DNA from: Pedobacter sp.
GTDB taxonomy: Bacteria > Desulfobacterota > Desulfuromonadia > Desulfuromonadales > Syntrophotaleaceae
Assembly (NCBI GenBank): GCA_050253415.1
Contig: JBFWJC010000001.1
Span: forward strand, 416,001 to 480,000
DNA: 64,000 nt
Direction: 5' to 3'
Part shown: positions 59,548 to 64,000 of the stretch, in pieces
Layout: each line of letters starts with the position of its first letter
Numbering within the stretch: position 1 is the first letter of the stretch
Notes under the pieces: model-generated
Databases searched by the model: none
The model's input: only the letters and a program-made list of their open reading frames with translations
Told to the model about the DNA's origin: nothing
Made by a program: the position numbers and the translations under genes

Positions 59548-60765
59548 ATGCCGAGCTTTTTGGAAGCCAGAAATCAGATTCTTGCCAATGTTCCTTTGCT
59601 TGGCCAGGAACGCGTTCTGATAACCGATGCTGTAGGACGTATTCTGGCTGAGGATATAACCGCATCCTGGGACATGCCTCGCTGGACCAACTCAGCAATG
59701 GATGGATACGCAGTTCGCAGCCAGGACTGCATGCAGCCTGCACGTTTGGAAATTGTCGATTTCATTGCTGCTGGAGGCGCTTCGGATAAAGCGGTTGTGC
59801 CTGGTGTTGCCATTAAAATCATGACCGGTGCCCCGCTTCCGGAAGGTTCCGATGCTGTCGTTCCCGTCGAAGAAGCTACCGCGGATGGGACTTTTGTGCA
59901 GATACTAAAGGCGGTCAAGCCTGGAGCCCATATCCGAAATAGAGGAGAGGATGTTCTCAAAGGGGAATGCATCGTACCGCGCGGGACGCTTCTTCGCCCA
60001 GCTGAAATAGGCATGCTGGCGTCGTACGGGAAAGCCTTTTTGCCGGTCTATCGCAAACCGCGTGTCGCTATCTTGTCCACTGGTGACGAGTTGGTGGAAT
60101 TGGGCGAGCCGCTGCCGGAAAACCGCATTATAAATAGTAATTCCCTGGCGTTGGTGGCTGCCTTGAAAGAAATAGGTGCAGAGCCCGTTATTCTCGGCAT
60201 AGCTCTGGACAATCGTGCCAGTCATATTGAAAAAATAAGCGAAGGCCTGAAAGCCGATGTTTTAATAACCTCAGCCGGGGTCTCCACCGGTGATCGGGAT
60301 TTCGTGCGTGCGGTCCTCGAAGATCTTGGGGCCAAGCCTGTATTCTGGAAAGTCGATATCAAACCCGGTCGCCCCACCACTTTTGCCATGAAGGACGGCA
60401 AGCCGATCTTTTCGCTGCCGGGCAATCCGGTGTCGACCATGGTGACGTTTGAGGAACTGGTCAAACCCGGACTGTTGAAAATGATGGGGCATACCCGCGT
60501 CATTAAGCAGGAAGTGGAGGCCGTCCTGGAGACCGACCTGACAAAAAAACGGCTTGGGGTGCTTAATTTTCAAAGGGTGAATATTACCATTCGCGATGGT
60601 CAATACTTTGCCAGTTGCTCCGGAGATCAGAATACCGGCATACTCAAAACCATGGTTCGGGCCGATGCTCTTGCTCTGTTGCCGGAAGACAAAGATGTTT
60701 TCATGGCGGGTGAGAGGGTTAAAGTCCATATACTCGGCCCGCATGTCACCATGCAAGAAGGCTGA
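59548..60765 (+). CDS. moeA: molybdopterin molybdo/tungstotransferase MoeA
   Basis: SAMDGYA, IMTGAP, STGDEL, KPG.P, LPGNPVS. Confidence 0.96.
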   Translation: MPSFLEARNQILANVPLLGQERVLITDAVGRILAEDITASWDMPRWTNSAMDGYAVRSQDCMQPARLEIVDFIAAGGASDKAVVPGVAIKIMTGAPLPEGSDAVVPVEEATADGTFVQILKAVKPGAHIRNRGEDVLKGECIVPRGTLLRPAEIGMLASYGKAFLPVYRKPRVAILSTGDELVELGEPLPENRIINSNSLALVAALKEIGAEPVILGIALDNRASHIEKISEGLKADVLITSAGVSTGDRDFVRAVLEDLGAKPVFWKVDIKPGRPTTFAMKDGKPIFSLPGNPVSTMVTFEELVKPGLLKMMGHTRVIKQEVEAVLETDLTKKRLGVLNFQRVNITIRDGQYFASCSGDQNTGILKTMVRADALALLPEDKDVFMAGERVKVHILGPHVTMQEG

Positions 60766-60875
60766 TTCGTCGCCGTATTCGCGTGGAAAGTGTTTTTTTC
60801 TTCGCAAGGCCTTATTTTGGGGGGCTTTCGCTGTCATATCAGACAACAGTGAAAAGGCCCGATGGAAAGTTTCTT

Positions 60876-60903
60876 TTGACTCCAACTGCTGAATTATTAT
60901 ACT
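60876..60903 (+). promoter_or_regulatory. sigma-70 promoter candidate for ercA-like/kinase operon
   Basis: TTGACT, 16 bp, TATACT. Confidence 0.5.
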
Positions 60904-61174
60904 GTAAACGTTATGTTTTCGTGTTGGTTGACAATGACAACCTGCACAAACTTACTGCCGTACAAAAAAGTCCGCGGCGTAGGCGTTTCCAGTAACTCGG
61001 CAATGCCAAGGCGTATGGTCCCTCTGTGTGGGTATTCTGTCTTTCATTCCGAACCATTTATTGCTGCCTTTGCAGTCCCCAGATGCATCACGGAATAGAT
61101 CGACATGGCTAGTCGCATAAAGGATCGGGATGCCGATCGGATAAGTGATGACCCCTTTATGTAAGGGAGATCCC

Positions 61175-62326
61175 GTGAGTATTCGGAAATTCGTCACACC
61201 GGAAATCATTTTTGGGCAGGGTGCTCTCAGCCAGATAGGTGAAAGTGCTGCCCGCAGTGGTGCGTCCAAAGTATTTGTGGTCACAGACCAGGGACTCATA
61301 GACGCCGGGTGGGTGGATAAGTCCCTTTATTATTTACGTAATGCAGGCCTGGAATACGAAATTTTTTCCGCTATTTCTTCCAATCCGAAAGATTTTGAGG
61401 TTGCGGAAGGGGTAGCGCACTATCTTCGCTCCGGATGCGACGCCCTGGTGGCGGTGGGAGGTGGCAGCCCGGCCGATACGGCCAAGGCCATTGCCACCCT
61501 GGCTACCAACGGGGGAGAGCTGCAGGATTATGAAGGGGTGAATAAGATTCGTCATCCTCTGCCGCCCATGGTGATTGTTCCGAGTACAGCCGGTACCGGG
61601 TCCGAGGTCAGCCAATTCGCTATTATCGTCGATCACCAGCGGCGTTTGAAAATGTCCATCATCTCCAAGTCGCTGATTCCCGATATTGCCATTATCGATC
61701 CCGAATTGCTTAACACCAAATCCGCACGGCTCACTGCCGCTACCGGCATGGATGCCCTGTCCCATGCCATCGAGGCGTATGTCTCCCTGGCTGCGACACC
61801 ACTTACCGACATTCATGCTCTCAATGCCATTCGGTTGATATTCGGCAATTTGAAGAAGTCGGTATACGATCGGCAGGACGCCATCGCCAATGACAATATG
61901 GCCATGGCCAGCTTGAATGCCGGTATCGCTTTTTCCAACGCCATTCTGGGTGCCGGCCATGCCATGACCCACCAGATCGATGGTTTGTTGGATACCCACC
62001 ATGGCGAAACCAATGCCACCTTGTTACCGCATGTCATGCAATTCAATCTCCCCGTTTGTCGGGAAAAGTTCACAGCCATCGCCCGCCAGATAGAGCTCTG
62101 CTCCTCTGAAGCTAAGCGGAACGACGACCTGGCCGAGCAGGCCATTGAGGCGGTCAGTGCGCTTACCAAGGATATCGGTCTGAACAAAAGCTTGTCCGAG
62201 GTTGGTCTGAAGAGGGAAAACATCAAGACCCTTAGCCAGAACGCACTCAACGATGCCTGTCTGGTGACCAATCCCCGTAATGCGACCATGGAAGATATCG
62301 AGAAGTTATTTCTCAAAGCGTTTTAG
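61175..62326 (+). CDS. Fe-ADH-like regulatory protein (ErcA-like)
   Basis: RKFVTPEIIFG, GGGS, DALSH, HAMTH, HHG; GTG start after AGGGAGA; adjacent to a sensor kinase. Confidence 0.85.
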   Translation: MSIRKFVTPEIIFGQGALSQIGESAARSGASKVFVVTDQGLIDAGWVDKSLYYLRNAGLEYEIFSAISSNPKDFEVAEGVAHYLRSGCDALVAVGGGSPADTAKAIATLATNGGELQDYEGVNKIRHPLPPMVIVPSTAGTGSEVSQFAIIVDHQRRLKMSIISKSLIPDIAIIDPELLNTKSARLTAATGMDALSHAIEAYVSLAATPLTDIHALNAIRLIFGNLKKSVYDRQDAIANDNMAMASLNAGIAFSNAILGAGHAMTHQIDGLLDTHHGETNATLLPHVMQFNLPVCREKFTAIARQIELCSSEAKRNDDLAEQAIEAVSALTKDIGLNKSLSEVGLKRENIKTLSQNALNDACLVTNPRNATMEDIEKLFLKAF

Positions 62327-62395
62327 TATAAGAATCCTCCATGATCACCCGTATCTCTTGCCGTGTGTAAATACACTCTATTAATGGCCTGAAAC

Positions 62396-64000
62396 ATGTT
62401 TGACAAAAAATCGCTGATTGAGAATCTCACGGGGGTTAATTCCTCGAAGCTGAATTATTACGTTGAGCTCAAGAAGCGGAATGCGGAAATTCTCAAGCAG
62501 AACAGTCGGCTCGAGATCCTCCATCAGCTTTCCAGGGACATCAATCTGGAAATGTCGACCGAAGACATGATCGAGCGGGCCTATCGGCAATTGCATCATG
62601 CGTTGCCCTGCGATTTTCTGGCCCTGGCGATGTTTCGTGACGATACCCTGAGTATGCGCGCGGTCATGCCGTTGAAGCCGTCGCGACTGCCGACCATTTC
62701 TCCCGATTCGTTTGTCTGGGATGCTGTCGAGTCGGGGCAGGCCTGCGTGCTTGAACCGGTGGATGTTACGGATCCTTTTTTTGAGGCCTACCCGGAACTG
62801 GCCAGGGATCTGCGGTGCATGGCTATTGCGCCACTGTACAAACGGGCCGCGGTGCACGGCCTGCTGCTGGTGGGAAGTACCCAGAAGCATGCCTATGCCA
62901 GGGAAGAACTCGGTTTCCTGCAGCACCTGGCGGACCATTTGACCATCAGTATCCAGAACTCCCGTCTTTACAAGGAAGTCTCCAGGGCCCAGCAAGGCTG
63001 GGAGGCTACCTTCAAGGCCGTTACCGACCCCATTTTGTTGCTCGATCTGGATTACAATATCCTGCTGGACAATGGGCGGCAGATGCCGGAGATGTCTTCA
63101 GAACATTGCAATTACCAGGGGATGAAATGCTATACGCGCCTATATGGTCGCGATGTGCCCTGTGAAGAGTGTCCCATGGCAACCCTGCTGAAGGATCCCA
63201 AGCCGGTCTTCAAACGTCTTGAAACCGATACCGGTTTGGTATTGGATCTGTTCTACTACCCGGTGCTGGACGAAAATCGCCGACTGACCGCCATTACCCA
63301 TATCATCAAGGATGTCACCCAGAAGACCAACATGGAGGCCAAGCTGCTCCATTCGGCACGGCTGGCGGCAATTGGAGAAATGGCGGCCGGAGTGGCCCAT
63401 GAACTCAATAGTCCCATGACCGTTATTATCGGCACGGCGCAACTTATCCACCGGGAATTTGAAGATCAGAAGGAGATCCGCGAACCGCTGGAAGATATCG
63501 TCAATTGCGGCTTGCGCTGTAAACGTATCATTCAGAACCTTTTGACCTTTTCCCGTCAGGATCACCTGCCGATGGCGGAAACCGATCTCAATGAAGAGAT
63601 CGAAAGAGTGCTGCACCTGATTTATTACCAGATCGACCGGAATCAGATCACGATTCGCAAGAATCTCGACGCAAATCTGCCTCTCACCAAAGCCAACGGT
63701 CGTCAAATTCAGCAGGTTTTGACCAATTTGCTGATCAATGCCAGGGATGCCGTGGCCGGGGTCGACCGCGAGAGGATTATTGAGGTAAACTCCCGTTCAG
63801 AAAAGATTAACGATGGACAGTGGATCGTTATCTCTGTTAAAGACAACGGCATAGGTATTCCTGCCAAAAATCTGCAGCGGGTTTTTACGCCGTTTTATAC
63901 CAGTAAGGAAGAAACCAAAGGTACCGGCCTGGGGCTTTCGGTAAGCCTTGGTATTGCCGAAGCGCACGGGGGCTCCCTGGAAGTAGAAAGTACCTACGGC
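62396..64000 (+). CDS. GAF/PAS sensor histidine kinase, NtrB-like (truncated by window end; absent from ORF track)
   Basis: Manual translation MFDKKSLIENLTGVNSSKLNYYVEL...GEMAAGVAHELNSP...NLLINARDA...DNGIGI...FYTSK...GTGLGL. Confidence 0.93.
   Translation, partial: MFDKKSLIENLTGVNSSKLNYYVELKKRNAEILKQNSRLEILHQLSRDINLEMSTEDMIERAYRQLHHALPCDFLALAMFRDDTLSMRAVMPLKPSRLPTISPDSFVWDAVESGQACVLEPVDVTDPFFEAYPELARDLRCMAIAPLYKRAAVHGLLLVGSTQKHAYAREELGFLQHLADHLTISIQNSRLYKEVSRAQQGWEATFKAVTDPILLLDLDYNILLDNGRQMPEMSSEHCNYQGMKCYTRLYGRDVPCEECPMATLLKDPKPVFKRLETDTGLVLDLFYYPVLDENRRLTAITHIIKDVTQKTNMEAKLLHSARLAAIGEMAAGVAHELNSPMTVIIGTAQLIHREFEDQKEIREPLEDIVNCGLRCKRIIQNLLTFSRQDHLPMAETDLNEEIERVLHLIYYQIDRNQITIRKNLDANLPLTKANGRQIQQVLTNLLINARDAVAGVDRERIIEVNSRSEKINDGQWIVISVKDNGIGIPAKNLQRVFTPFYTSKEETKGTGLGLSVSLGIAEAHGGSLEVESTYG

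Noticed and set aside
1..64000. CRISPR array, prophage, transposase, reverse transcriptase or selenoprotein UGA read-through
   Set aside because: None recognised; the Cys motifs that are Sec in some homologues use Cys codons here

Overview
Chromosomal segment of an anaerobic deltaproteobacterium. Gene content suggests a Desulfuromonadales, Pelobacter/Syntrophotalea-like organism (inference). In order: tRNA-Lys and tRNA-Glu; rnhA; a complete nuo operon with fused NuoBCD; and an AT-rich 3-kb stretch holding two paralogous small ORFs, each followed by the same conserved RNA hairpin overlapping an intrinsic terminator. Next is a ~19-kb + strand cluster around a Mo/xanthine-oxidase-family aldehyde oxidoreductase (MOP type), with poorly understood accessory genes, modABC, DUF3343, a cysteine desulfurase and a second modA. 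A mostly minus-strand housekeeping block follows (yitJ-like, rpe, rsmB, htpX, fmt, def, sucCD, tal, folK). The window ends in an alcohol/aldehyde oxidation hub: three Fe-ADH genes (two an identical tandem duplication under a sigma-54 promoter), a W-type AOR with MoaD/ThiF, moeA, and an ErcA-like ADH with a sensor kinase running off the window. The best candidate for an undescribed system is the duplicated small protein + antiterminator/terminator cassette; its second copy sits directly in front of the Mo-aldehyde oxidoreductase cluster. All calls come from motif recognition only; no database searches or folding computations were run.
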